Shown here: in pieces, positions 63,639-64,000 of the stretch
Position numbering within the stretch: position 1 is the first letter of the stretch
Layout: each line of letters starts with the position of its first letter
Assembly (NCBI GenBank): GCA_038087875.1
Contig: CM075998.1
Coordinates: 1,862,001-1,926,000 of the forward strand
DNA length: 64,000 nucleotides
Source of the DNA: Malacoraja senta
Taxonomy: Eukaryota
Direction of reading: 5' to 3'
Position numbers and translations under genes: made by a program
Notes under the pieces: model-generated
What the model was told of the DNA's origin: nothing
Databases searched by the model: none
What the model saw: the letters and a program-made list of their open reading frames with translations, nothing else

Positions 63639-63718
63639 ATCCCACTGGAGTTGTGTTTGACACGCGATCCAAAGCTGTGATGGCCCAGGGAGGATCCAAT
63701 GACAATATAAAAGAAAAG
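63639..63718 (+). CDS. SPATS2: SPATS2 second coding exon (80 nt)
   Basis: Acceptor tctttcctgaacag, donor AAG|gtagta. In frame with exon 34437-34461 it reads DPTGVVFDTRSKAVMAQGGSNDNIKEK, resembling human DSSGFIFDLQSNTVLAQGGAFENMKEK. Not in the ORF track. Confidence 0.88.
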
Positions 63719-64000
63719 GTAGTAATATTTTGTGTACTTGGCTTCAAATAACTTGGATTTATTGGAGGGGAAAAAAACCCAAATGCTAGAAATCTAGAAC
63801 AAAATGCTAGAAACACCTGACTGGTCATGAAGAGAAACCAAGTGGGCATTTTGGTTGAAGGACCCGTCATAGGAACTGAAAGTGGGTTTCCAAGTGTGTT
63901 AAGGTGCAGAGAGAAGGAGGGGAAGAATAGAAGGAATGTTTTGGAATGTAGGTGAGACTGAAGTTGTTAAGATTACAATTTGTTTAAAAAAACCTTGCAG

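Overview
Eukaryotic, repeat-rich genomic DNA from a cartilaginous fish, probably a skate or ray. The inference rests on HE1/V-SINE-type SINEs, CR1/HER1-type LINE 3' ends and Penelope-derived repeats. Two host genes lie on the + strand in the order seen in mammals. DNAJC22 is complete, with two coding exons (21567-22409 and 23322-23495; 338 aa, TM2-like N-terminus and C-terminal J-domain). SPATS2 is represented by its 5' part: a CpG-rich promoter near 33.4-33.6 kb and coding exons 34437-34461 and 63639-63718, separated by a 29.2 kb intron. The rest is mostly retro- and DNA-transposon debris, often nested. The most notable signals are: (1) a ~140 bp TSD-flanked, (GAA)n-tailed short retroelement whose 5' end folds as a minimal HDV/CPEB3-like self-cleaving ribozyme (two copies); (2) a family of short Penelope-derived, often palindromic, insertions with 10-17 bp TSDs and a hammerhead-ribozyme-like core; (3) a four-layer nested insertion containing an internally deleted Gypsy provirus with a still-open pol frame; (4) a candidate recursive splice site or poison exon in the long SPATS2 intron. 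Family names come from recognition of motifs, not database searches. Repeat boundaries without a stated TSD are approximate.
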